A DNA stretch of 64,000 nucleotides, taken from positions 108,872,001 to 108,936,000 of the forward strand of contig NC_043003.1 in NCBI RefSeq assembly GCF_006345805.1, in the 5' to 3' direction. The position numbers and the translations under genes were made by a program. This DNA comes from Octopus sinensis. Lineage: Eukaryota. The notes under the pieces are model-generated. The model was not told where the DNA came from, ran no database searches, and saw only the letters and a program-made list of their open reading frames with translations. This document shows positions 14,231 to 26,003 of the stretch, one piece after another (position 1 is the stretch's first letter; each line of letters opens with the position of its first letter).

Positions 14231-14451
14231 CCCTTTCTTTACCAACCCGGCTGAAACCGGCTCCGGCTCTCAGTACAAATGTCTTGTTCGCATTAAGTTT
14301 TGAATTAAAATCTTCCACCAAACCTCCATCACAACTTATGTTCCTAACACTAACTGAATGATAACCAAGTTATTTTACTAAATTCTTTGTTATATTTAAA
14401 GTAATTGAAAGAAACACAGAGCATCTCAAAATAAATACGGTAACAAAAGGG
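14231..14451. mobile_element. piggyBac-type MITE
   Basis: TTAA on both sides (14227-14230, 14452-14455). TIRs CCCTTTCTTTACC / GGTAACAAAAGGG match at 11/13. Relatives at ~6345, 30440, 32817, 34410, 43404, 50100, 52385, 53550, 60840 and 63540. Confidence 0.88.
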
Positions 14452-14654
14452 TTAATGTCAAGGAAACAGGGCAAACCACAATCTCTTCAGTGACTGAGGA
14501 GACATTTACACATCACAGTACACATAAGGTTGGTCTTCAGACTTCCAACTTATGAGTTAAGCACTGCTATGATTTGGGTTAGATGTAACAGTTTTTTGGG
14601 GTTTTTTTTACTTTTTGCCTGCTCAATTACCAAGTTACTTCAACCCCTTAACAT

Positions 14655-15067
14655 TTAACCCTTGAGTGTTCAGATTATTCAATCAAACATAATGCCTATT
14701 GATTCACATTGATTTGAATTAATCATGCATTATCTCATATCTTCAAGATCTTGATGGTGTAATTACTTAATGTAGAATAACATTGTAGGGTAGGTGTGAG
14801 AGCCTGGATCTGGTCAGTTTGAACAGAAAACAGATTAACTATTTTGGCCAGATCTGACTGGTTTAAATACATTCAGCTCAAATAGTCAACTTGCTTTATG
14901 TTCAAAATAATCTGATCTGTCCTCTTACACCTAACCAACAACATCATTCTGAAAATAATGACATCATCAAAATCTCAAAGCTATAAGATAATGCATGATT
15001 AATTCAAAATGATGTGAATATATTAAGCATTACATTTGAGAAAATAATCTGAATGCCACAGGATTAA
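14655..15067. mobile_element. Two piggyBac-type MITE copies head-to-head (second family)
   Basis: TTAA at both ends with diverged mirror arms. Direct relatives at ~43180-43395, 48938-49160 and 61020-61237. Confidence 0.7.
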
Positions 15068-15445
15068 ACAATTCAATGCCCCAGTCTCACTAAATAGAAC
15101 CTATTAGAATAAATGAGCAATAGACATTAGTTTGGTTTATTCTTTGACTATGTGCAGAGCTACATACATATGTACCTTTGTACATACATATTAGTGTCAG
15201 CATCTGTCCACTAAGTGACTCCATATTGAAACATGACCATAATCTTTTAAGACATTAAGGTAAATCACACTGAAAACTATCTTCCAGCCTTTCAAATTAT
15301 CAAAAGATATCTGTATCGATCTATAGGCCTGCCATTCTTGTGATAGAAAGGAAAAAAAAAAAAGGGTTGATCTTTTCATGAATAGAGATAATTTCCTTTG
15401 TCATTCATATATTTTCCCCCATATTTATTCATTTCGTATTTTGTA

Positions 15446-16008
15446 AAAAGAAAAAAAAAGTTATTTTCTTTTATGTAGAAGGTTTCTCAGTTAGCTTCAT
15501 CTTGAAAGGGTTAACAATACATACATAATAAAAAAACAAAACAAAAACTGACGACATAATTCCTCAAATTACCTGTACTTTCATGCTATAAAGCATCTCA
15601 GAAAACTACTAATTCACCTTTTGATCAATGAAATGTTTATAAAACGTCGTCCTTTACAGTTTTTTGATCATTCCAAGTAGAAAGGAAAAGAGATAAGGGC
15701 AAGTGGAATGAAGGGGAGCAAAAAGAAAAAAAAAGTTATTTTCTTTTATGTAGAAGGTTTCTCAGTTAGCTTCATCTTGAAAGGGTTAACAATACATACA
15801 TAATAAAAAAACAAAACAAAAACTGACGACATAATTCCTCAAATTACCTGTACTTTCATGCTATAAAGCATCTCAGAAAACTACTAATTCACCTTTTGAT
15901 CAATGAAATGTTTATAAAACGTCGTCCTTTACAGTTTTTTGATCATTCCAAGTAGAAAGGAAAAGAGATAAGGGCAAGTGGAATGAAGGGGAGCAAAAAG
16001 AAAAAAAA
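15446..16008. repeat. Near-perfect tandem duplication, 275-bp period, 2 copies
   Basis: gttattttct at 15460 and 15735. The intervening unique sequence is repeated essentially identically. Confidence 0.93.
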
Positions 16009-16036
16009 ATTAACCAAGAAAGCAAGATTTTATATG

Positions 16037-16071
<35 letters not shown>

Positions 16072-16443
16072 TTATCATCAATTAACATCCGTTTTCCTTG
16101 CTGGCATGAGTGAGGCAGTTTGACAAGAGATGGTAGGCCAGAGAGATGCACCAGGCGCCAGTCTGTTTTGGCTCGATTTCTATGGCTGGATGCCCTTCCT
16201 AATGCCAACCACTCCACAGAGTGTACTGGATGCCTTTTATGCATTACCGGCATGGCTGCTATTCACACAGCACTGGCACTAGGCCAAGACCACGATTTCT
16301 CTTCTTCTCAAACAGAGCAATTTGCCAGAAGTCCAAGTCAAGTGTCACTGTCTCCATGAAAATCAAAATCTGAAGATCACATTTCATCACCTTGTTAGAG
16401 AGAACTTAATGTAGATTTTTTTAAGGCTGCTTACCATTCCTCT

Positions 16444-16675
16444 TATTTCTTTTGCCCACAAGGGGCTAAACATAGAGGGGACAAACAAGGACAGACAAAG
16501 GGATTAAGTTGATTCCATCGACCCCAGTGTGTAACTGGTACTTAATTTATCAACCCTGAAAGGATGAAAGGCAAAGTCGACCTCAGCGGAAATTGAACAC
16601 AGAACATAACAGCAGATGTAATACTGCTAAGCATTTCACCCGGCATGCTAATGTTCCTGCCAGCTTGCTTACCAT
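16444..16675 (-). mobile_element. SINE family B
   Basis: Collinear with 7503-7725. Confidence 0.88.
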
Positions 16676-17293
16676 TCCTCTTGCCAACCTTCACCTGTTT
16701 CAAAACATACTTTAGCCAGACATGTTTTTCACAGGAAATTAGAAACAAACGATATCGTTAGTTTGACGGTGATAGCCATTTACAACAATCAAACAATGTA
16801 AAGACAAAAGCACACACAAACACATAATTTTGGTCAGATCAGTCTTTTGCTACCGAGGTTCACTTGTGGGAATATATAGGGTCTTCAGGCAAATGATGAC
16901 TCATAAGTAGCCCTAACTTGCCTGAAAGTCTTGTGAACCTATAAGTGAAACTCAGAGTAGCAAGATACTGACCGAACAAAAAATATTTACCTCTAATGCA
17001 GTATTGAGTACTCTTTTTTCCAACAGTCACTACTGAATACATATACACGCACACACATGCACACATGACAGGCACCTTTCAGTTTTAGTCTATCAAATCC
17101 TCTCACAAGGTTATCTTGGTGCTATAGAAGACACTTACTCAAGGACTGAACCCAAAGCTACATGGTTGGGAAGCTTCTCAACAGCACAACCACCCTGCGC
17201 TTATATAAATAACCGGCTGATTGAGTGAACCGATCAATAATGAACCTACAATGGCTACAGGGAACAGCTGTAAATCAAATTTACTAAAATAAA

Positions 17294-17725
17294 GGGATCT
17301 TTTCGGTTTGACCGGCAGTTTTTTCTAGCGGTGTCATATGAAATTGTCACCCATAATTATGACCCTAGTATCGATTTATTGCATTTCAATCTGTTTTAGG
17401 GTTAGGGTTAGTTAGGGTTAGGGGTGGGGGGAAGGGTATCTTTTTTCTTTACAAATGTAAATAAACCCAATCTGTTTCTTAAACGAGGGACATATCCATA
17501 TGGCACAGAATGTTTTTTACCTCAACAGACGTCACTGATTGGTTGAAATTGCAGAAATTGAAGAAAAAAAAGAACAACAAATATCTTACAAACTATAGAA
17601 TTTTCTCAATAAAGCCAAGAGAAAAAAGATGTTTTATAAACACATTCTACCAGTATACGAAGTTTAAAATTTTTTAGTTACCTAGAAATTATGTTAAAAA
17701 CTGCCGTTCAAACCGAAAAGATCCC
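17294..17725. mobile_element. Non-autonomous TIR element with 30-bp TIRs and internal TTAGGG repeats
   Basis: TIR GGGATCTTTTCGGTTTGA(C/A)CGGCAGTTTTT matches at 29/30. AATAAA flanks both ends. (TTAGGG)-like tract at ~17396-17430. Confidence 0.9.
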
Positions 17726-19599
17726 AATAAAGGAATATATAATGACCATTATTTATGCTTTGTCTCTCACACATACAGTAAAAGAAAGTAGTATTTAAAA
17801 AAGATATATCTACAATTTCTCAAAGTCTAAATCTTTAAGATATTGTAAGAAATTGTTATACTTCTCAAATAAGTACGTAAAAAAATAACTAGTGTCTATG
17901 GTAGCTATGAACTAAATCCAGATTATAGATTCATTTCACAAAATATTCTTGCTTTCCAACAACACACATAACTAATAATTTTTTTTAGAAATTGGGTCGT
18001 TATATTAATTACTGGAAAATTTCTGAAACAAGTGTTTTAAGAATTCAAAAGAATCTATTTTTAATTACACAAAATTGTAATTATTATTGTAAATAAAAAA
18101 AAATGAAAACCAAAAAAAATACCAAAATACAGAACAATAAGAAAAACATTACAAAGACAAAATCTTTTGACTAAGTTATTAATTACATTATGTTTGCAAG
18201 GGAATAATTGTTAACAGAAGGTAAGGTGTGTGTGTGTGTGTGTGTGTGAATTTGTGTGTGCAAATGTGTGAGTATTCAGAATGTGTGGTGCATGCATGAC
18301 TGTGTACGCATGAATATGTGTGTGTGTGTGTGTAAATAAGCAATATTTCTAAATTGTAAACTTTTGAATTTAAACAGTTGTGACTAATGATAATAGAAAA
18401 TGAATTGTTCCAAATGTTTTTTGTCCGTTTGTTTGTTTTGCTTTTTCTATTTAGTAAATTAATTGAAAACTGACAATTATGAATGAATAAGTCAAATCAT
18501 CTGCATTTTATCTACGTCTGATTCATCTTCTCTGTTTATTTATTTACTTTGGTGTGTGGGTAGTACAAACAAAATTCAACAAACAAGAACTATGCTTCAA
18601 AGAAGAGCATTTCATTCCCTAACTGTAACACTGTCCACATTGCTTAAATGGAATTACGAAATTCTATGCAAAATATACATGATAAATGAGAGACGCTAGG
18701 CAACATTTGAGTTCATGGTTGTTCCAGTAATAATGTTAAATATCCACCAAAAAATAGAACTGGTATTTTCTGCAAGTTATGTTGCCTCAATAAACTTGAC
18801 ATATCGTGACAGAAAATAGTTTCAAATATGACATTCTCCAGCAAAAGATAGAAAGTTATGGGGATATAAACAAACCAGCACTGGTTGTTAAGCAGTGGAG
18901 GAGGAACAACAAATATACACACACTACAATGGGCTTTTTTCAGTTTCTATCTACCAAATTTACTCACAAGGCTTTGGTTGGCCTAAAGCTATAGTAGAAG
19001 ACTCTTGCCCAAGTTGTCACACAGTGGGACTGAGACAAACTGATATTTTGATTGAATATTTCTGATTTCTACAATAAAAGTATTAAGAAATAGCAAAAAG
19101 ATCTCTCACTCTCTCTCTCGACTTAAAAAGGATAATCCTAGATAACTTGCAGCTAAAAAAAATCTTTTCTTAAGCGCTAAAAAACAAAAAAAAATCTTTT
19201 CTTAAGCACTAAAAAAAGAAAAAAACATTTGTCATGGTTAGAAAAATTTCCAATCAGACATAGGTTTGCTCAAATAATGCTGATCTTAGACTAAAAAACA
19301 GCATCAGTTATTGATTAAATACAGATCTGTAAACTTGCCAGAGTGAGAAGGTGTTAAGTCATTGGTCAAATGTGTAGCATACTTCTTTTTGTTAGTCCCA
19401 TTCACCTGAACAAAAGGTACCAGAAATGGTAGCCTGAGTTCACTACTATAAGCAGTGTTCTTAGTGCATATTTGAAGAGGATATTTTGAGGAGTTGCAGT
19501 GCAGGACTCCAGCTCCATCACAGCTACTGCAAAGTAGGACACTTTTCAGAGATCAAACTTAAACAACTATCATACTTTCATCATCAACTTTACTTTATG

Positions 19600-20014
19600 T
19601 CCACTTACATAGACCAGACATGGCCTCATAAAATATTGGAAATATGCAGTTTGGTTTTGTGCCAGGCAGAAGCACCACTGATGCTGTATTTCTGGTAAGG
19701 CCGGTGGCACGCAAAAAAGCACCAACCAAATGTGGCCAATGCCAGTACCCCAGACTGGCTCCCGTGCCAGGGGCACATAAAAAGCACCAACCGATCGTAG
19801 CTGATGTCAGAACCCCAGACTGGCTCCTGTGCCAGTGGCAGGTAAAAAGCACCCACTACACTCTCGCAGTGATTGGCGTTAGGAAGGGCATCCAGCTGTA
19901 GAAACACTGCCAGATCAGATTGGGGCCTGGTGCAGCTTCTGCCTCTCCAGACCTCAGTCAAACCGTCCAACCCATGCCAACATGGAAAACAGACATTAAA
20001 CAATGATGATGATG
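19600..20014 (+). mobile_element. Internally deleted RTE LINE: RT motif joined to 3' UTR, (GAT)n tail
   Basis: MQFGFVPGRSTTDAVFLVR (from 19644) is the conserved QFGF..GRST.DA motif of non-LTR reverse transcriptases. It runs straight into the dispersed 3' UTR family ending gatgatgatga. Confidence 0.82.
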
Positions 20015-20640
20015 AATCACATGTTGTCAAAACAAGGAGATAAAAAAACACACACACTACAGGTTCTTTTCATTTTCATCTACCAAATCCACTCACAAAG
20101 CCTTGGTTGGCCCAGGGTTATAACAGAAGATGCTTGCCTATCAAACCCATATGCTTGGGCAGTGAATTTCTTAAGATCACAGCTATGCCAGCACTTAGCC
20201 ATGCCTTTTTTGGCTAAATATACCTCAAGAAAAAAAAAACACAAAGTAGAAATTATGTTTTTGAATTTTACCAATTTGTTGGGGTCCACATCATTCCTCA
20301 GCAAAAGTAGCAATTATTGAACCTTGACTGTATATGAACTCACCGTTACTGGACCCAAAACCTAGTCAGCCACTTAATTGTTAACAATGAAAGAATTTAT
20401 ATGCAATCACTCGATTTGTTCAAAGTAGTAGCCAAATATCTCCCAAGTTCTCTCTAAGCATTCAAAATCACCTGCTTTACAAATCTAAAATTGTTAGAGG
20501 ACACAGACACTTATCGGTAAATCCACATCATGGAACCTGTTGCTTTGTTCCAATCACCAAATCAGTTTAACGCTTGCTATCAACCCACTTGACCCTGCAC
20601 CTGATTCTATGATACAAACTATCTGGCTGCAGTCCAATAC

Positions 20641-21205
20641 TACTTGTACTTGTGACGGCGTTCATTCAGGGCAGGTTGAGCCGGCTTCTTCTCTGGTCCT
20701 AACGGCATCACGAACCATGGCGGCCCACGCTCGATGATCTTGTGCGAGGTCACTGAAGACAGCGAGCCATTTGCGGTTCCATCTGTGCAGACCGACCACC
20801 CACAGACCTGAGAGTTCGGAGAGGTCCTCCTTTATCGTCGTTGCCCAGGTCTTCAGCTGCCCACCCGTGCATTTGCGCCAGCTGGGAAGTGTAGGTGGGA
20901 GAAGGACATCGTGAAGCAGCTCACCCTCTGGATGCCTGACCAAACCACCTTAAATGCCATTGTAGAAGCCTTCGCTGATCAACTACCCTCATAGGCCATG
21001 TTTCACAACCATAGAGGAGGATAGTAGATTCGCCCTTTGGTCACCGAGGAGATCCCTCTTCTGTCCCACAGGCACCACTGGAGGTGCACGAATGTGGATC
21101 TGGCAGTGCCTATGTGATGCTCAACCTCGGCTGTGCCCTGGCCCGTTGGAACCACCGTTGAACTCAAGTAGACGAAGGACTCCACATCCTCCAGCACCAC
21201 GTCCA
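20641..21205 (-). mobile_element. 5'-truncated RTE-clade LINE remnant (RT C-terminal region)
   Basis: Translates to VESFVYLSSTV...EVEHHIGTARSTF...LWDRRGISSVTKGRIY and GGQLKTWATTIKEDL...LAQDHRAWAAMVRD; tail caagtacaagta. Confidence 0.9.
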
Positions 21206-21252
21206 ATGATTGAAACAAGTAAAAGATAAAAGTCAACTTCTGCTTTAGCAAC

Positions 21253-21345
21253 CTGATAATCTGGTGGCCATATTTCCTTACAGAAAACTAACTCCTTTTC
21301 AATATTTTTAGTAGAGGCCATTTATTTTAAGTCCTAAATGTAAAC
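21253..21345 (-). CDS. Candidate first coding exon (ATG at 21321; MASTKNIEKELVFCKEIWPPDYQ)
   Basis: Strong acceptor ttcttgtttcgttttAG, good Kozak context (AAATGG), in-frame stop upstream. Weak donor CAG|gttgct. Confidence 0.25.
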
Positions 21346-21946
21346 CTAAAACGAAACAAGAATGGTGACACTAAGAAATGCCGATCAAATATTTTGTACA
21401 GCTTTGTTGTAGCCAGTTGTCTATTTCAGCAGAACATTCCAGCACTATCCAACAATATTTTTTGGTTGTTTGTAAACTGACAAACAGTTGATGTGAACTA
21501 AGATCATTATGTCAACAACCTAGTTTAAAATTGACATAGCTGAGGAATATATAATGTAAGTGGAGTATTCATAAACAAAATTCATATCAAATAAAGCTGG
21601 GATGACAACAGAATTATAAAACTATGCAAACACACACACACACACACAAAAAAAAAAAAAAAATTCCTAATTGAAAAGCTGACGAGATAATGATAGAGTT
21701 ATTAATCAATTACTCCATTATTTAGATAAAGCTAATTAGCTATATTGTTAAAATATAGGACTGAAGACTGATTGAGATTTGCTCTGCTCAGTGAAGGCTG
21801 AATCTAGGGCTAAACCAGACACGATGAAAGGTGCAGTGATGAAGCAATGATTTATCTAGAATAACATTCAATACCGCCTCTTTTTGTATGAGAGTAAGAT
21901 GTGAGATTTCACAGCTATTTCTAGCAAGTCAAGTAATGGCAAAGAG

Positions 21947-22093
21947 CAGACTTGGGCAACCTTTCTCGAGAAGTAAATTGCATGAGACATGACTCATCAA
22001 TTGTGCAGGCTGTAATACTAAAACAATTTAAGGTAATTTTTCATTAGGGGATGCCACTCGGAAAGTCTTGCAGGCTGCAGTTGCCCATAAGGC
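21947..22093. mobile_element. Probable degraded hAT-type MITE
   Basis: Left CAGACTTGGGCAACC, right GCAGGCTGCAGTTGCCCA; these resemble hAT MITE termini. Confidence 0.45.
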
Positions 22094-22949
22094 TCCCTTA
22101 TTAGCTTGGCTGAAGGTTTATAAGTCTTAATCCTAATCCTGTCTTCAGCATAGTTTCTATTAGACACCAGCTGGCCTTCATGGACTTCACCTTCCAAGAT
22201 ATACAATGGATGTTATATCTAAAGTGGTTGCGTGGTAAGAAGCCTGCTTCCCAACCACATGGTTCTGGGTTCAGTCCCACTGTGTGACAACTTGAAGTCT
22301 TGAAGTTTTTAATTTAGGCACAATGCCGGCAATTTTTGATTGGTGTGGATTAGTTAATTACATCAACTCCAGTGCTTGGTTGATGCTTTATTTTATCAAC
22401 TTTGGAAGCATAAAAAGCAAAATTAGCAAGAATTCTTTTCTACTCTAGACACAAGGCCCGAAATTTTGGGGTTGGGAGTCAGTCAATTAGATCAACCCCA
22501 GTACACAACTGGTACTTAATTTATCGACCCAAAAGGATGAAAGGCAAAGTCGACCTTGGCGGAATTTGAACTCAGAATGTGAAGACAGACAAAATACCGC
22601 TAAGCATTTTGCCCGGCATGCTAACGTTTCTGCTAGCTTGCCACCTTAAAATTAGCAAGAAAGTAAAGCACCAGAACAAATACCACAAAGCATTTCTTGT
22701 GATACTCAAACGATTCTATCAATCTCCAGCCCAAGCACAAGACCACAAATATGAGAGTTAAATAATAATTCCTTCTTTAGAAATTTTATTGACATCATTA
22801 CTGTGTGTGTGTGTAAATGCTGAATCCGAATTTTGGCTTTTTTTAAAGCAAACAAAATAATTGTGCCAGAAAAAAGAAAAATGAATGAACAGGAAATATT
22901 TGTATATATTCAGCTACTCAAATTCTCAAACGAAGGTTTATATCAAAAT

Positions 22950-22952
22950 TAT

Positions 22953-22994
<42 letters not shown>

Positions 22995-23036
22995 GACTAC
23001 CCCTATAATAATAATTATTATTATTATTATTATTAT
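22950..23036. repeat. Compound (TAC)n/(ATA)n/(ATT)n trinucleotide microsatellite
   Basis: Direct reading of the sequence. Confidence 0.95.
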
Positions 23037-23167
23037 TGAAGTGGATGGGAAATACTAAAATGAAATATCCTTGATATGAAAGAAACAGTCTAAAAAAAGG
23101 TTTAAGATCTTATTTCCCACAAACAGCAGGAAGAATAATTAGAAAAAATTGGAAAGACAACCAGTCA

Positions 23168-23205
<38 letters not shown>

Positions 23206-23683
23206 AGAAGAGAGGGGGGTCGAGACAGGAAGGGAGGGTTTAATGAGATAACACTGTAGTAGTTCCTTTTGCCATGTAACAAAAAATAAATGAACAAATA
23301 TTTAAAACAAAATAAAAACAGTAATAATAAATGGTGTCTTTCAAACCAAATGTAAATTACAAGCAAGGTAGGGTGGGGGGAGTTAGTGAGGAAGTTTTTA
23401 TACAGTAAAAGAAGAAATAAAGAAATGTAACCAAAGAAATGAAGGAAAAACGAAAGACAAACACCCAAAAAAAAAATTAAAACACCCAGCAAAGCCTGCA
23501 AACACATTGCTATCTAAAAAAGCCAAGTGGAGAACTTCCATAATGTATTTGACATCTACCCACAGGTTACTTGGTATTAGAAAAGTATCAATAGTTTTAT
23601 ATCTAACATTATACTAGAATAACAAAATATATTTGATACAGACTGACAAAAAAATATTAAGTAGAACTGAGTAGTAGTAGTAG

Positions 23684-24212
23684 TTGTGGTGGTCAGCCTC
23701 TAATGATATGCATAAGATCTGGTCATCAAATCTAAGTAGAGACTTCAAACTTGAAATCTTCAAAGCCACAGTCGAACCAATTCTACTATATGGCTCAGAA
23801 ACCTGGACGTTATCAAAGAAGCTTGAGAGGCGGTTAGATGGAACCTACACTCGCCTCCTTATGAGAGCTCAAAATCTCTCGTGGAAGCGCCATCCAACCA
23901 AAATGCAAATATATGGGAAACTACCACCTGTGTCATCTCTTGTGAAAGGTAGGAGAGTCCAGTTTGCTGGACATTGTTGTAGAGCTGAAAAAGAAGTAAT
24001 TTCTACTCTTCTCCTCTGGAAGCCATCTACTCGCAATACCAGAGGGCGCACACTCTCCTACCCTGATGTAATCTCCAGGGACACAGGCATCCGGCAACAG
24101 GACCTCCGTAATGCCATGATGGACCGTGAAGTCTGGCGTAGCATGGTAAATTCCATTGTCTCGACCACGGTCGAACAATGGTGATGATGATGATGTGGTG
24201 GTGGTGGTGGTT
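23684..24212 (+). mobile_element. 5'-truncated RTE/RTE-X LINE, intact C-terminal reading frame, (TGA)n tail
   Basis: KIWSSNLSRDFKLEIFKATVEPILLYGSETWTL...RRVQFAGHC...DREVWR, followed by tgatgatgatga. Confidence 0.93.
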
Positions 24213-24959
24213 ATGTGGGCATTATTTTTACCCCCCCCCCTCAATTTGTATACAAGGCCTAATATTGAAAATCAATATTGGATTGATTGAGGGTTTGGTT
24301 CATCAAAAACAGAGTTCATATTCAGTTTCGATAAATGGTACACAGCAGGATTCTCGTTTCCTATAAAATATATTTCTTTTCTTTGCTGATTATGAGAAGA
24401 ATTTCTAAACTTTTGGATGCTGGGGGGGTGGAGAGGGGCAATGAGCTTTTTCTTTTGTTTTTAGCAGCTAAGCCATCAACTTTGAGATAATAAAGTCTCT
24501 TTGTGGTCTCTTGATTTACTAGAAATAACAAGAAAACCTCTTCTAAGCAGAGAACCATTTTTAAAATTAAAAAATAGAAGCAGATATTGATTAAAGTATC
24601 CCTAGATACTCAATGCCTGAAGAAAAAAAAATACAGGTTGTGTGGCTAAGAAGTTTGCTTTGGAACCACAAGGTTTTGGGTTCTATCCCACTGTGCAGCA
24701 CCTTGGGTAAGTGTCTTCTACTCCAGCCCCAGGTCAACCAATAACTTACAAGTGAATTTGGTGAATGGAAACCATGTGGAAGCTTGTTCTGTGTGCATGT
24801 ATATGTGTATGTTCCCCCACTACCACTTGATGACTGGTGTTGGTTTGTTTACATTCCCATAACTTAGATACATATTCTGTTGGTCTTTTACATGAATTGC
24901 AAACTCAAAAAACAAACAGAAAATACCAAGGCTGATTTGTTCAACTAAACCCTTCAATT

Positions 24960-25712
24960 TGTGCCCCAGCATGGCACCTTGGACAAGTATCTTCTACTGG
25001 GGCCTTGAATAAACCAAAGCCTTGTGAGTGGATTTGGTAGACAGAAACTGAAAGACGTCCATCATGTATGTGCATCATGTATATATATATATATATATAT
25101 ATATCTAAAGGGTAAAGACCCCCTTCGGTCATGAATGACCATGGGATTGCACCTAGAAAGTTACCCTCCTAGACACAAGTCCGGGCAAGGTTGTTTATGG
25201 AAGACCAGCAGTCGCCCATGCATACCAGCCTCCCCTCTCCACGCTACCAGTGTTATCCAAGGGAAAGACAAAGGTCGATACAGCTTGGCACCAGTGACGT
25301 CGCAACTCATTTCTACAGCTGAGTGAACTGGAGCAACGTGAAATAAAGTGCCTTGCTCAAGAACACAACACGCAGCCCGGTCCGGGATTCGAGCTCACAA
25401 CCTCACAATCGTAAGCTCGACGCTCTAACCACTGAGCCATGCGCCTTCACATATATATCTATATATATATATATATACATGTTTGTTTATTTTTGTGTGT
25501 GTCTATCTCAGTCCCCCTGCCATCGCTTGACAACTGATGATGGTGTGTTTATGTCTGTGTAACTTATCAGTGCGGCCAAAGAGACTGATATAATAAGAAC
25601 TAAACTTACAAGGAATAAGTCTGGGGGGGGACGATTTCTTCCACTGAAACCCTTTAAGACTGTGCTCCAGCATGACCACAGTCAAATGAGTGAAATAAGT
25701 AAAAGAATACAA
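24960..25712 (+). mobile_element. SINE family A split by a family C SINE
   Basis: 5' part at 24960-25070, 3' part at 25480-25712. The insertion sits in the internal (AT)n tract. Confidence 0.75.
25107..25447 (-). mobile_element. SINE family C (tRNA-Arg-like head)
   Basis: Head ggcgcatggctcagtggttagagcg...cTTACGAt...tcgaatccc with A/B boxes and an ACG anticodon-like loop. Partial relatives at ~4170, 7770, 28850, 55100 and 57690. Confidence 0.85.
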
Positions 25713-25841
25713 GAATGCATAGCCACAGTCAAAATGATTTGATCATAGGTTGATGTAATAAGAATTCAACAGAGGAACAACAATAATTTCTCTGGGTGAC
25801 GCCTAACTGGGACCCTGGTTAATATTTTTCTATGCTTTCAG

Positions 25842-26003
25842 GTTACATCCACTGTGAAGCCTCTGTGATGCATTTCAACAACTCTTCACTTAATTTCTGG
25901 TGGCTCTTCCAGCTGCTTATTGGAAACATCTGGAAACATTTTAGTCTGTTTCTTTCACATCAAGGACATCCCATTTTAGTATTTGCTACCCACTTTAATA
26001 ATG
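25842..26003 (+). CDS. Candidate plus-strand exon (162 nt, phase 1-1)
   Basis: Acceptor tttttctatgctttcAG, donor ATG|gtaatt, one open frame. The composition (F/H/W-rich) looks like antisense of coding, so it is doubtful. Confidence 0.18.

Noticed and set aside
16885-16975. C/D-box snoRNA (ATGATGA...CTGA...CTGA)
   Set aside because: Poor terminal stem and no recognisable rRNA/snRNA complement; such boxes arise by chance in AT-rich DNA.
17396-17430. True telomere or chromosome-fusion scar
   Set aside because: Only a few TTAGGG units, located inside a TIR-bounded element.
22018-22206. Protein-like 62-aa ORF (LEGEVHEGQLV...)
   Set aside because: Its 3' part overlaps a probable hAT MITE, and it has no convincing splice sites.
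25370-25447. tRNA-Arg(ACG) gene
   Set aside because: A/B boxes are present but there is no complementary acceptor stem, and it continues into a SINE body. The same applies to the head at 48050-48123.
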